Below are positions 30,901 to 40,237 of a stretch of DNA of 64,000 nucleotides, one piece after another. The notes under the pieces are model-generated. The model was not told the DNA's origin. It did not search any database and saw only the letters and a program-made list of their open reading frames with translations. Source of the DNA: Escherichia phage vB_EcoM_G17; the sequence record MK327931.1; one strand, 5' to 3'. The translations under genes were made by a program, and so were the position numbers. Within the stretch, counting starts at the first letter, position 1. The number at the start of each line of letters is the position of its first letter.

Positions 30901-31389
30901 TGACGATGATGGCATCGGATATTATCGAATTGCGAATTTCTCAAATTTTGGACGGATCTTTCTTGTACCAAAATTTAGAGAGCGAAAGCGGGTTGCTCGG
31001 TTTCTCTCTATCGCAGTCATATGCAACGGTCGCTGGTCTTTTCATCAACAGCACTCAGTACTAACTCTATTCGATCAAAGTAGTACTTGTTCTCAAATTT
31101 TGGACGCAACTTTCTTGTAAAAATTGCGTCCGCTATTCTTGAACTCCCTTAGCAAATCTGGTAAGGTGCGAACCTTATACATCTATCTAGGAACTCTCTG
31201 TATGCTTATCGGAGTTCTTTATACAGCCGTGTCGCCGTGATTCGTGGTCTTACATCGTGTTTGTTTGAATGCCAGTACTCTAACAGGTTTCTTCTGCTGT
31301 TCGCTACAACGGTAAAGCTCATCTATCCTTTACATTTTCAAGAGAAGTAGGTTCTCAGTGTCCATTTTTCAATGTCCGTTGTCATTTTC
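30874..31389 (-). ncRNA. candidate structured non-coding transcript (~0.5 kb) between promoter and terminator; function unknown
   Basis: No ORF over 40 codons with credible RBS; GC visibly above flanks; multiple hairpins including CGAAAG tetraloop stem; direct repeat TCTCAAATTTTGGACG at 30946 and 31093; bounded by promoter 31397..31424 and terminator 30874..30900. Confidence 0.3.
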
Positions 31390-31396
31390 TATATAC

Positions 31397-31424
31397 ATTA
31401 TATCATTGGAACATATAATGTCCC
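31397..31424 (-). promoter_or_regulatory. sigma70-type promoter GGGACA-16-TATAAT
   Basis: Minus strand TGGGACATTATATGTTCCAATGATATAATG; near-copy of element at 56614..56642. Confidence 0.5.
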
Positions 31425-31425
31425 A

Positions 31426-31902
31426 TTACATGTATACTTTTTTTAAATCCTTAGAACAACGATCAAAAATTGTGTTTATGAATTCAACATCTTCGATAAT
31501 ATTCGAATCGTTAGCAACATTTTCATTTCTTGTCGTGTTCCTATATGTGTGTTCAGGATGATTGTATACCACCTTGACTACATTATTTAGGTCTATAAAA
31601 TTTGACGTTTTTTGCGTATAGGAAGCCTGAAGCTTGATGAGTTTACCATCATTCTCAAGATTGGTTTTATGAATTAGTTCTTCAATGCCAGTTAAATGGC
31701 TATAGCTATCTTTTTCTTTTACAAAAGTAATAGTAACAAGAACTGCTTTCTCATCTCCCATATCGGAAATGTTTTTTACAGCACTGATAATTTCTAAGTT
31801 TGAAAAATCTAATTCTTTAAGCATTTTACAAATATTTCCACAAAGTTCGATAAGTGATAATTTCTTCTCTGGTAACAGAAACTTCATTGCACTTAACACC
31901 AT
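31426..31902 (-). CDS. hypothetical protein (start uncertain; ATG at 31824 would avoid 77-nt overlap)
   Basis: ORF; alternative in-frame ATG 31824 abuts upstream stop. Confidence 0.45.
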   Translation of the reverse strand: MVLSAMKFLLPEKKLSLIELCGNICKMLKELDFSNLEIISAVKNISDMGDEKAVLVTITFVKEKDSYSHLTGIEELIHKTNLENDGKLIKLQASYTQKTSNFIDLNNVVKVVYNHPEHTYRNTTRNENVANDSNIIEDVEFINTIFDRCSKDLKKVYM

Positions 31903-32182
31903 CAGTTTCAGTACTGAATGGTTGTACTGGTCTATCTTCTGTTAAACCTCGTTCATAAGTACAATGATAAAACTTATTTGTGCTCATGTCAAGAAATACG
32001 AGATCAAATTCTTCAGTCCACCTTCTGTGCCCTTTGCTTTCATTGCAGATGATTTTATATTTTACATCTGGTTTAAAAGTTTCAGTACTGTCATCCCATG
32101 CACCATAGTCAGTATATTCATCATTTTCATCTAACTCTGCTAGATGCCACATTAATTGTGGTAAAAAGATTTTAGATTTCAT
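31826..32182 (-). CDS. hypothetical protein (118 aa)
   Basis: ORF. Confidence 0.5.
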   Translation of the reverse strand: MKSKIFLPQLMWHLAELDENDEYTDYGAWDDSTETFKPDVKYKIICNESKGHRRWTEEFDLVFLDMSTNKFYHCTYERGLTEDRPVQPFSTETDGVKCNEVSVTREEIITYRTLWKYL

Positions 32183-32192
32183 TTATTTTCTC

Positions 32193-32222
32193 CAAAAAAA
32201 AGGACTTGAATACTCAAGTCCC
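32193..32222 (-). terminator. rho-independent terminator after HNH gene
   Basis: Hairpin GGACTTGA-GTAT-TCAAGTCC followed by TTTTTTTT on minus strand. Confidence 0.6.
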
Positions 32223-32234
32223 TATAATATCATA

Positions 32235-32891
32235 TCAATCATGTTTATTCAATTTCTTCTGTTCTTTTTTCAAAGCTTTCATATGACGACCAAACTCTCG
32301 AACATGCCATAGATGATCGGTTTCCCATAATTCTTGACGTAACCTACGTTCTTCTAGTAGTTTCGACTTGTCAATGTTATTTTTCTTTTTTTGTACATTA
32401 AAGAAATTATTCATATGTTCTTGGAGAAGATTACGACCTTTAACTTTCTCAAGAAACTCATCAACTGTTTCAGTTTTATTCGAACGTAGTTGATTACATC
32501 TGGAGCACATAGTATTAAAGTTTGACTCTAAATCAGGTCCACCCTTAGATGCCAGATGATTATGGTCAACTGTCATTAAAACTTCATAAAGACCACATAC
32601 AGCATATACATTTAAATGTGGTTTACCATATACTGGATCAGAACATAATGAACGTTCAATGCGTACTTCAGTAGCTTCAATCCCACATGCCACGCATTTT
32701 GGATTCTTAACAAAAGTAAGAACTTTTTGTGGGAAATATCGAAAAGTAATACCATTTAAAGTGTAGCGTTTCATCTTAGTACTTCGTTGATTTAATTCGT
32801 CAAGAAGTGATAATTTTGTCGTATAGTAAACATGATATTTGTTCATTTTATTCCTTGATATTGATTTTAATATCTTTACCTTGTAAATCAC
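32235..32891 (-). CDS. HNH homing endonuclease
   Basis: HNH core VDHNHLASKGGPDLESNFNTMCSRCNQLRSNK. Confidence 0.8.
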   Translation of the reverse strand: MIYKVKILKSISRNKMNKYHVYYTTKLSLLDELNQRSTKMKRYTLNGITFRYFPQKVLTFVKNPKCVACGIEATEVRIERSLCSDPVYGKPHLNVYAVCGLYEVLMTVDHNHLASKGGPDLESNFNTMCSRCNQLRSNKTETVDEFLEKVKGRNLLQEHMNNFFNVQKKKNNIDKSKLLEERRLRQELWETDHLWHVREFGRHMKALKKEQKKLNKHD

Positions 32892-33156
32892 GAATAGTTT
32901 TAATCAATGCGTCGTGTTTTAAAGCACATTCATTGTAGACTGCATCCCAACGAGTAAGTACTTTAAGAATTTCTGCACCATCATAACCTTTAAAACCATT
33001 TTTGTCAATCATAATTTTTTGTGGTAGAGGTGTATCATCATCACATCTTTCTAACAGAATTTCTTGTTTAATTGGTGCGGGGGATTGTAGTTTTACTTGC
33101 TCGGCACACCCACTTATAATTAAAAAAGAAATCATTGGAACTAATAATTTTTTCAT
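32848..33156 (-). CDS. lipoprotein, putative o-spanin (outer membrane spanin)
   Basis: Signal peptide with lipobox IISGC; immediately downstream of TM plus coiled-coil i-spanin-like gene, 4-nt overlap. Confidence 0.5.
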   Translation of the reverse strand: MKKLLVPMISFLIISGCAEQVKLQSPAPIKQEILLERCDDDTPLPQKIMIDKNGFKGYDGAEILKVLTRWDAVYNECALKHDALIKTIRDLQGKDIKINIKE

Positions 33157-33527
33157 TTGAATTTATTCCTCGCTGCTTGAGAATTTTGTTTTAGTTCATT
33201 CAGTACTTTTACACCATCTTCATCTAAACATACATTCTTATAAACTTCACGTTCTACAATAAAAGGAACCTTTGTTTCAATAACTTTAGCATTATCTTCC
33301 ATGATTTTTTTAGTTTCAAGGTAATTTTTTGCATTTTCTTGTTGCATTTTATCCAAGGCGGTATCAACTTTTTTAGCTATTTGTTGCTCTATGCTTTGTT
33401 GATATCCACTGTAATAAGTATTAGCTTCCCAACCAGCATAAGCTGAACCGCCAATTAATAATACAAAAGAAATTGGTTTCCAAAATGGAATAAGAATTTT
33501 TGAAACAATTATTTCTAACATACTCAT
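33153..33527 (-). CDS. putative i-spanin (N-terminal TM helix plus periplasmic coiled coil)
   Basis: TM segment ISFVLLIGGSAYAGW then charged helical region; paired with lipoprotein. Confidence 0.5.
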   Translation of the reverse strand: MSMLEIIVSKILIPFWKPISFVLLIGGSAYAGWEANTYYSGYQQSIEQQIAKKVDTALDKMQQENAKNYLETKKIMEDNAKVIETKVPFIVEREVYKNVCLDEDGVKVLNELKQNSQAARNKFK

Positions 33528-33580
33528 AATAATATCTCCTATAGTTGATGATATTATTTAGAGTATACAATTGTATAGTT

Positions 33581-34000
33581 TTACAACATTTTTTGAATAT
33601 GTTCTACTAGTTCATACAGCTTCGTTTCATTATTCTCGAACTTTTCATCAACTTCAACATTGAATTTTTCTTCTAGTTCCATGACCATTTCAATCCAATC
33701 AAGCCAATCAAAATTGAATTTTTCTTCGACTTCCAATTTAGTAAGATTGAAGTTCGCTGATACCTCATTCTCTGATGTATCACAGTAACGAGTAGTGATG
33801 AATTTGACAATTTCTTTTTCAACATCGTTTAATTCACGAGTTTGATATTCGGGCTGAAGATACCACCATTCTCCCTTATTAATAGATTCCAATTCTTGTT
33901 TGATTTCATGCATTACTTTATAACGGTCAGTACTTTTATCAATAGAATTTACTTCTTGGTTCAATACATGTAGTGCATTTTTAATACGTTCATTTAACAT
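33581..34000 (-). CDS. hypothetical protein (139 aa)
   Basis: ORF. Confidence 0.5.
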   Translation of the reverse strand: MLNERIKNALHVLNQEVNSIDKSTDRYKVMHEIKQELESINKGEWWYLQPEYQTRELNDVEKEIVKFITTRYCDTSENEVSANFNLTKLEVEEKFNFDWLDWIEMVMELEEKFNVEVDEKFENNETKLYELVEHIQKML

Positions 34001-34011
34001 TTTATCACCTT

Positions 34012-34043
34012 ATAAAAAAAGAGAACTCCATATGAAGTTCTCT
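34012..34043 (-). terminator. rho-independent terminator after large depolymerase-like gene
   Basis: Hairpin AGAGAACT-TCATATGG-AGTTCTCT followed by TTTTTTTAT on minus strand. Confidence 0.6.
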
Positions 34044-34074
34044 GATTATACATAATTACTTTTTCTATGTCAAG

Positions 34075-36864
34075 TTATAAATCACGGAAACGATTTGGTG
34101 TGTTTAAGCGGTACATTGAGTATAATCCCAATCCACGCATAATCTCACCTGCCCAGAAACCAAAAAACATACCATTATCAGTACCTTCTCTAACTGCTGG
34201 ACTCCATGAACCATTCATTGGAGAACCTGGACTTACAATAACATAGTTCTTTTGAAGTTCGAGAACTAAGTTATCAGCGAGTGTTGTTAGACCTTCTATT
34301 TTACATCCAGCCAATCCAGCAGCACAAGCCCCAGCTAACCACAACCCACACATATGACCTGTAAAGTCCCAATCTGGACCTTCAACTGTGCCATCTTTAT
34401 TGAAGATTGTTGGTGAACGACCATCATTATCTTTTTGAAATTGAATTAAAAAGTGAATCCAATTCTCACAAAATTCAACAAGATCTGCTGGTGGTTCAAT
34501 TCCTCTCTCTGCGAGTTCTTGCCATGCTCTGGCAGCCCCAAAGAACGCACGTGGTTCATACCCACTCCATGCTTGATCACCCCAATGTAGCATAGTAAAT
34601 GTATCTGGTTCACCATATTTTAAGTTATCCCAGCGGTTCCAAACATATGCTTGTGCACATGGACCAACAGTACCGAATTGTTGAGTAAACCATGTTTGAG
34701 AATCTTTCATAAAGCTTAACATGTTGCCTAAACGTGTGTTATCAACTGGTTGGTCTTTAAAACAATATATCACAGGATATTGATAACCTGGATACGGTAA
34801 ACCACGCCATCCTGAATACTGGTTCGCATACGGGTCAGTGATGTTAGAAAATGGTATTGTTCCTGGTGTGTAATGCAATGAGTTTAACAAATAATCCTTG
34901 ATTACACAATCCCCTAACTGTGCAGTATATGGTGATTCACCTGCAATTGTTATTGAAAATGTCATAGTATAGTCATCACCGTCAGCATCCGTGTATAATT
35001 CTGGAATGTCATTAATACAATACCAATCAATTATTGCAGCAACACCATCTACTGGGGTTGTATCAGGTAAAATAGTAATATCTTCTAGTTCACTATAAAC
35101 TGGTGCATCTGGTCTTGGGTCAGAACTTGGATGATTTGGCTGATACCCAGATAAACGTAATGTATCGGAACTTAGTGTGATTGTAGTCCATTCCCCGTGT
35201 GTTGCAGGAATCATCCACCACCATCTCCAACCATTATCATCTACAATTCTTATATTGTAATCATCTTCATATGAACGATAGGTAAAAGATTTAACTTCAG
35301 ACTTATTTGTTGCTAATAGCCAAAATCCAATAACAGCACCATCATCTTCACCACAAACTAACTGATTAATGGTATCGCGGCGTGTAACTAATATATCAGT
35401 ACTATATATCATTTCGGACGTAGCTGCACCATAAGGAACAACAATTCTACTATCAGCAATTATATAAGGGGAACCATCTGCTTTCTTTTCTCTAACAAAT
35501 GCACTTAAAGGTGTTAATGAATGTGTGATATTTTGGTCTTTACTTTCCGGTAAGCCACAACGATAACGAACAACATCATGGTCATTTTTTGTTTTTGACA
35601 ATTCCAGTACTGGTTTAAATGATAACGGCTTACCATCATCACATACACCACCATAGTCTACAAGTAATTTAGAATCAGCATTGACCCTGAACCAAATAGC
35701 TTGTTGTTCCATAGTACTTTGTGCACTTTGGTCTTGCCTGATAGTAATATATCCTAGAGAATTTCTACCAAACTTAGCAATAGCATCACTAGGATAAAAA
35801 TATTCATAGGAAATACCATCAGTGAATGGTGTGGTTACAATTGTACTTTGTCTGAAAAATTTATCTCTGGAGTCAATATCACCATAAGCATAACACGTTA
35901 GTAGTGAACATTTCCAACCCAAATAATGTTTTCTTTCTTTTGTTATTTTATATAACAAATAAGAAGCATCACTAAACCATAATTCTGCATCTGATGCGTT
36001 ATCAGCAAATTCCAAATCAATTGGAACATGAAGAGGGCGGTTGTGTTGCATTTCATTTCGTTGAATTATCACACCACCATATTCTACTGGTTGACGATTT
36101 GCAAAATTTAATTTATATACACCATTAATTGTTGTATTCTTTAATTGAACAGTTCCTTTTTCCGATTCGTCAAAACCTTCTGCTAAAATATTACCATCCC
36201 AGTCGATTTTTCTACCCATGAAATCGATAATCCAGTCAACATCATATTGTTCACCTGGTGTATCCCAATCAACACTACCATCTGGTAATAATGCTTTTAC
36301 TGACGCATTTATTTGGTTCCATGCTAAAGCACCTTTGAATGCAAATGTTACTTTATCCAAGAACTGACCATAATAAGGTGCACCATGTGGTATTTTACAT
36401 TGTCCATTTGTAAATGTAAATTCTACACCCTTGAAACCACCATGTGTAGGCCATCCATCATCAGCTAAAGGCCAGTTAGCCAATATAGGTTCTTTGGCAT
36501 TAACTATCCAGTTACATTGTAGTGGTGTAGGTGGATCTGGTAATTCACGTCCAGCATAAAAGTACTGATGATATGCGTCCCAATACCACTTTGCCTTATC
36601 TAAAAACATTGGATCATTTGTTGCCAGATACGCATAAATGTATCCTAAAATTAATAGACTTTGACCTTCTGTTGTCCCGTCACCGTTTGGTTGACCTTCC
36701 ATTGCAGAATAGTTAATAAAATGACGGTTGTTCGCCAAAACACCCTGATTATTCACCACATAATGTTGTACTGTTGGATCTATAGTATCACCAGTATTTC
36801 TTTCAATAAACTTATGATGCCCATAAAGAAGTTGTACTATATTATCAATATTATTGTTTAACAT
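34075..36864 (-). CDS. large Trp/aromatic-rich protein (929 aa), candidate carbohydrate-active tailspike/depolymerase
   Basis: Long ORF; Trp, Tyr, Gly and Pro enriched; composition unlike neighbours; last gene of nucleotidyltransferase operon. Confidence 0.45.
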   Translation of the reverse strand: MLNNNIDNIVQLLYGHHKFIERNTGDTIDPTVQHYVVNNQGVLANNRHFINYSAMEGQPNGDGTTEGQSLLILGYIYAYLATNDPMFLDKAKWYWDAYHQYFYAGRELPDPPTPLQCNWIVNAKEPILANWPLADDGWPTHGGFKGVEFTFTNGQCKIPHGAPYYGQFLDKVTFAFKGALAWNQINASVKALLPDGSVDWDTPGEQYDVDWIIDFMGRKIDWDGNILAEGFDESEKGTVQLKNTTINGVYKLNFANRQPVEYGGVIIQRNEMQHNRPLHVPIDLEFADNASDAELWFSDASYLLYKITKERKHYLGWKCSLLTCYAYGDIDSRDKFFRQSTIVTTPFTDGISYEYFYPSDAIAKFGRNSLGYITIRQDQSAQSTMEQQAIWFRVNADSKLLVDYGGVCDDGKPLSFKPVLELSKTKNDHDVVRYRCGLPESKDQNITHSLTPLSAFVREKKADGSPYIIADSRIVVPYGAATSEMIYSTDILVTRRDTINQLVCGEDDGAVIGFWLLATNKSEVKSFTYRSYEDDYNIRIVDDNGWRWWWMIPATHGEWTTITLSSDTLRLSGYQPNHPSSDPRPDAPVYSELEDITILPDTTPVDGVAAIIDWYCINDIPELYTDADGDDYTMTFSITIAGESPYTAQLGDCVIKDYLLNSLHYTPGTIPFSNITDPYANQYSGWRGLPYPGYQYPVIYCFKDQPVDNTRLGNMLSFMKDSQTWFTQQFGTVGPCAQAYVWNRWDNLKYGEPDTFTMLHWGDQAWSGYEPRAFFGAARAWQELAERGIEPPADLVEFCENWIHFLIQFQKDNDGRSPTIFNKDGTVEGPDWDFTGHMCGLWLAGACAAGLAGCKIEGLTTLADNLVLELQKNYVIVSPGSPMNGSWSPAVREGTDNGMFFGFWAGEIMRGLGLYSMYRLNTPNRFRDL

Positions 36865-36865
36865 G

Positions 36866-37402
36866 TCATACTCCTGCTCTAATCAATGCACCGTACCATG
36901 TAACTCCTTTATCGTATGTTTCTAATGAAATAATATCTTTTTCACCAATTTCATAAGAAAGAACAACTGGTCTATTATATGACCATTTAACATTAGATCC
37001 CCAATTAACGAGGTTAGACCCTGTTTGCTGAGTTAATAGGATAGTAATTGAATAAACTTCAGTAGGAGCAGCACCAATAGCAATAGTGGTATTTCTGTCA
37101 GATAAATTAATATTAAAAACTGTATTACCTGATAGGGGATTAATTAAAATATTATTAGAACTCAATACATTATATAATTTGTTACTAGCACTATCATACA
37201 ATGTTACCCATTCTGTTTCATGATTCTCATTAGTAGCTTTAGCTTTTATTTTTACATTATTTTCGGAAGAAGTCATTCCAGTCCAGCCAGAAATAATAAA
37301 AGAACTGTTTTTATTTGTTCCAAATGATGCAATTACTGAATCACTAAGAGAACTATCTTCACCGTCAATAGATCCGAGTACTGACAATGTTAAAACCATC
37401 AT
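36866..37402 (-). CDS. hypothetical protein (178 aa), possibly the C-terminal part of a frameshift-split gene
   Basis: Overlaps 37365..37565 in another frame across an A5 run. Confidence 0.4.
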   Translation of the reverse strand: MMVLTLSVLGSIDGEDSSLSDSVIASFGTNKNSSFIISGWTGMTSSENNVKIKAKATNENHETEWVTLYDSASNKLYNVLSSNNILINPLSGNTVFNINLSDRNTTIAIGAAPTEVYSITILLTQQTGSNLVNWGSNVKWSYNRPVVLSYEIGEKDIISLETYDKGVTWYGALIRAGV

Positions 37403-37565
37403 TTTTAATGTCTACACCAGTTGCACCTGAAAAATTATTTTGAAATTTAATAACTCCGGTAGTGTGGATATCTGTGAAAATTTGTTGTGCCATACTTAAT
37501 CCTTGCGTTAATTTATATTGAGTATTTATTGAGTATAATGGCATTTTTAGTACCATTATACTCAT
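37365..37565 (-). CDS. hypothetical protein (66 aa), possibly the N-terminal part of a frameshift-split gene
   Basis: Starts just after nucleotidyltransferase stop; ends inside overlap with 36866..37402. Confidence 0.35.
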   Translation of the reverse strand: MSIMVLKMPLYSINTQYKLTQGLSMAQQIFTDIHTTGVIKFQNNFSGATGVDIKNDGFNIVSTRIY

Positions 37566-37570
37566 GTATG

Positions 37571-38803
37571 TTACTTATACCATTGCATTTCTCTGATATC
37601 AATGATAATTTTTGATGCTAATTTAATGTTTGGTTTTTTGGGAAGTACTGATTTCTTATATAGAACATCACGAATGTATTGTACTTTATCATCGAAATAT
37701 TCTAATACTTCTTCATACTTCCACTTACCATTACGAATATCCATCAACATTTGTGCATCAGGTCGTTTAACTTGAATAATTCCACTCTGTAAAGCTTCTT
37801 CTGCACTATTCAAAAGTCTAATTGTGTGCATAGCATGTTTACAATCGTATCCGTGTTGTGATTCTAAAACAGCACGTTTGGCATTACGATTTTCTTTCCA
37901 TTTATGATAACTTTTCCTATTCTCACTATTCTCCTGATATTCTTTTTCGTTAAATTTTACAATTAGTTCTGGTTTGGTTTTCAACTCTTCAGTACTACGT
38001 TCTTTTGAAAAATAACGCAATGAACCATCATGGTTAATAGTGCTTTCATTAGGATTCTTAACAATCGCAAAAATGTTTTCTCCGTAATGAATTAGTTCAT
38101 AACCATTATTAAAATTCAATAAATTGAAATCACGATCAAGAATTTTTTCAGTAGTGTAGTTATGCACTAATCTTACGAAATGATATTGCTTTAATGGATT
38201 TTTCGAAACTAACTGCAATGATGTATCACGCATATATTTTTCAAAATCAATCTTTTTAGCATTAAATGGATGTAAGTTGGATGTATCTAAACGTTCAACA
38301 AGATACTGTGGGAATGAATCATACATCCACGCAAGAACCTCATCGACAGGGTGTTCTTCTAAAATCTCATTTAATCGTTTTTCAGCAATACGCTCTTTAT
38401 CCATCCAACCGTGATGATTTGTCATACGCTTAATCTGATTATATGCATATCCAGTGTATGAAAATGCAATCTTGGAACTAAGAAGTTTTTGGTTAAATGA
38501 ACGAAGATAGTCATAAATTTCAGTACTTTCCACAATGTGTTCAGGTTCAACCCAAAGTGATTCAAGAATATTAGGGTTAGCTTCAGTGTATAATTTTAAA
38601 TACTGATTCAACTCATAGAATTTAGTATCTTCTTCGCTTTTGTCAGCTACCTCTTTGACCTTATAGAAGGGTGTAAGAATAAATTCTTTATTAGCAAGAA
38701 AAATACCACGATAATCAGTATCACTTTCCGGTGTACTGGTTCCGTAGGCTTGTGACCCAGCCAAGTGTTTCACTATTGTTTGTTCAATATATTGGTTATT
38801 CAT
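37571..38803 (-). CDS. Pol-beta-superfamily nucleotidyltransferase (predicted NTase of RNA-repair-associated type)
   Basis: N-terminal hGSxAYGxxxxxSDxDxRGIF signature: LAGSQAYGTSTPESDTDYRGIF. Confidence 0.65.
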   Translation of the reverse strand: MNNQYIEQTIVKHLAGSQAYGTSTPESDTDYRGIFLANKEFILTPFYKVKEVADKSEEDTKFYELNQYLKLYTEANPNILESLWVEPEHIVESTEIYDYLRSFNQKLLSSKIAFSYTGYAYNQIKRMTNHHGWMDKERIAEKRLNEILEEHPVDEVLAWMYDSFPQYLVERLDTSNLHPFNAKKIDFEKYMRDTSLQLVSKNPLKQYHFVRLVHNYTTEKILDRDFNLLNFNNGYELIHYGENIFAIVKNPNESTINHDGSLRYFSKERSTEELKTKPELIVKFNEKEYQENSENRKSYHKWKENRNAKRAVLESQHGYDCKHAMHTIRLLNSAEEALQSGIIQVKRPDAQMLMDIRNGKWKYEEVLEYFDDKVQYIRDVLYKKSVLPKKPNIKLASKIIIDIREMQWYK

Positions 38804-39201
38804 AGATAAATTGTTAACTCCTTTAAGAAACCATTATAATAACGATTAAAGTCATGTTCTAATGTTTTATAATCATCAAAACTAAAACCTAAATTGATAA
38901 TTGTATCTTCTTGAAAGAAAGTTTCTTCATTCATACATTCAATAGGTTCGTAATTAATTCCACCTTTGAAAACTTTTGTAAAAAACATTCCATCATTATT
39001 AATTTCAACATACATAAAATTATTTTCTGGGTCACGAGGACAGACGATATTCAGTGAACTATTTCCACTTGTATTGTACTCATAAGAAATTATATCAAAA
39101 GAATCAATACCATAACACTTAGATTTTTCTTTATCGCCAAATACTTTTCTATCTGTACTCATATTGCGTATAGTGCTATAGATATCATCAACTGTAGTCA
39201 T
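38800..39201 (-). CDS. hypothetical protein (133 aa)
   Basis: ORF; 4-nt coupling overlaps on both sides. Confidence 0.5.
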   Translation of the reverse strand: MTTVDDIYSTIRNMSTDRKVFGDKEKSKCYGIDSFDIISYEYNTSGNSSLNIVCPRDPENNFMYVEINNDGMFFTKVFKGGINYEPIECMNEETFFQEDTIINLGFSFDDYKTLEHDFNRYYNGFLKELTIYL

Positions 39202-39203
39202 AG

Positions 39204-39713
39204 TTAACCACCATACTTTGACTTGTATGTTTCAAGTGATAAAGATATACGATTTTGCTTTTTAATTCTTTCATCAATATCCTTTGAATTCTTCACACTT
39301 CGGTATACGTCAGCTAATAAATTATAATCTTCTTTATTTGAGCTATGCTGTGTCCAACCTATGTCTGTTTTAATACGAACATTTGCTTTATTTGACGAGT
39401 AAAAGAAACTGAAACCATTTGACCCATCAAAAATATCAAAAGTATCTACCCAATCACCATAAGGAAAACTCATCGGGACTGACTCGTGGTCGATTGTGAT
39501 ATCCGATAAATTTTTTGAACAGTACTTCGCAAAGTGATAAACAATTGGATCACATTTAGATAATTCATATTTGTATTCAATGATAGTTTTTCTATTAGCA
39601 TCATTGATAGCATATTCTTTCATCAATGGGCTTTTTTTGATGATAAGAGTCCACAGAAACGATTCTAATCCGGTTTCATCAACTTTTTGTTTCTTTTTGA
39701 AAAATGAAATCAT
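39204..39713 (-). CDS. hypothetical protein, tandem paralog 3 of 3
   Basis: Shared motif DANRKTIIEYKYELSK with two upstream genes. Confidence 0.55.
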   Translation of the reverse strand: MISFFKKKQKVDETGLESFLWTLIIKKSPLMKEYAINDANRKTIIEYKYELSKCDPIVYHFAKYCSKNLSDITIDHESVPMSFPYGDWVDTFDIFDGSNGFSFFYSSNKANVRIKTDIGWTQHSSNKEDYNLLADVYRSVKNSKDIDERIKKQNRISLSLETYKSKYGG

Positions 39714-40231
39714 TTATATAAACCCTTAATTTTCTGTCTATTATGTATATCATTTTGCTGGATTTTCAATTTAGTAAGGTTGTTTCTTACACCTTCAACT
39801 CCACGCATTATTTGTAACATAATTAGTGATTCGTCATATGTTAGTACATTGCTATTATTATCGATATATACTTTCACTCCACTTTCAAGATAATCATTTT
39901 CTTTGGAGTTAAAGTTTCTAATAGCAAACTTAACGCCATTTGATGTATCACTGAAAACATATCGTTCCGCACCGTAGAATGTTTTTCCACGAAATAAACC
40001 GCCGTCTTCCCACTTCCAACGACTAGATTCATAATCATTAACGTAATCAATGATTAAAGAAAGTAAAGGGTGTTTGCTCAATTTATATTTTGCATCTAAC
40101 AGGATACGTCTATCATTATCTGTGGTGATAATATCCTTTAGTGAGTAGCTTTTAGATATAATTTTAAAGATAATTTCATGCCAAATTAAAGTACTGTTTT
40201 GTTTTCCAACTGATCCAAAAAACATATCCAT
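39710..40231 (-). CDS. hypothetical protein, tandem paralog 2 of 3
   Basis: Shared motif DNDRRILLDAKYKLSK. Confidence 0.55.
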   Translation of the reverse strand: MDMFFGSVGKQNSTLIWHEIIFKIISKSYSLKDIITTDNDRRILLDAKYKLSKHPLLSLIIDYVNDYESSRWKWEDGGLFRGKTFYGAERYVFSDTSNGVKFAIRNFNSKENDYLESGVKVYIDNNSNVLTYDESLIMLQIMRGVEGVRNNLTKLKIQQNDIHNRQKIKGLYK

Positions 40232-40237
40232 TCCTCA

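Noticed and set aside
30756-31064. ORFs 30756..30971 (minus, TTG start) and 30801..31064 (plus) as protein-coding genes
   Set aside because: No RBS for either; the minus-strand ORF reads through the terminator hairpin and uses a TTG start; composition is unlike neighbouring genes.
30740-31420. tRNA genes or a group I intron in the non-coding GC-richer region
   Set aside because: The best T-arm-like segment (AAGGTTCGCACCTT followed by ACCA) lacks an acceptor stem and has a non-canonical loop, so no cloverleaf could be assembled by eye. There are no flanking exon halves of an interrupted gene. Kept only as a generic ncRNA candidate.
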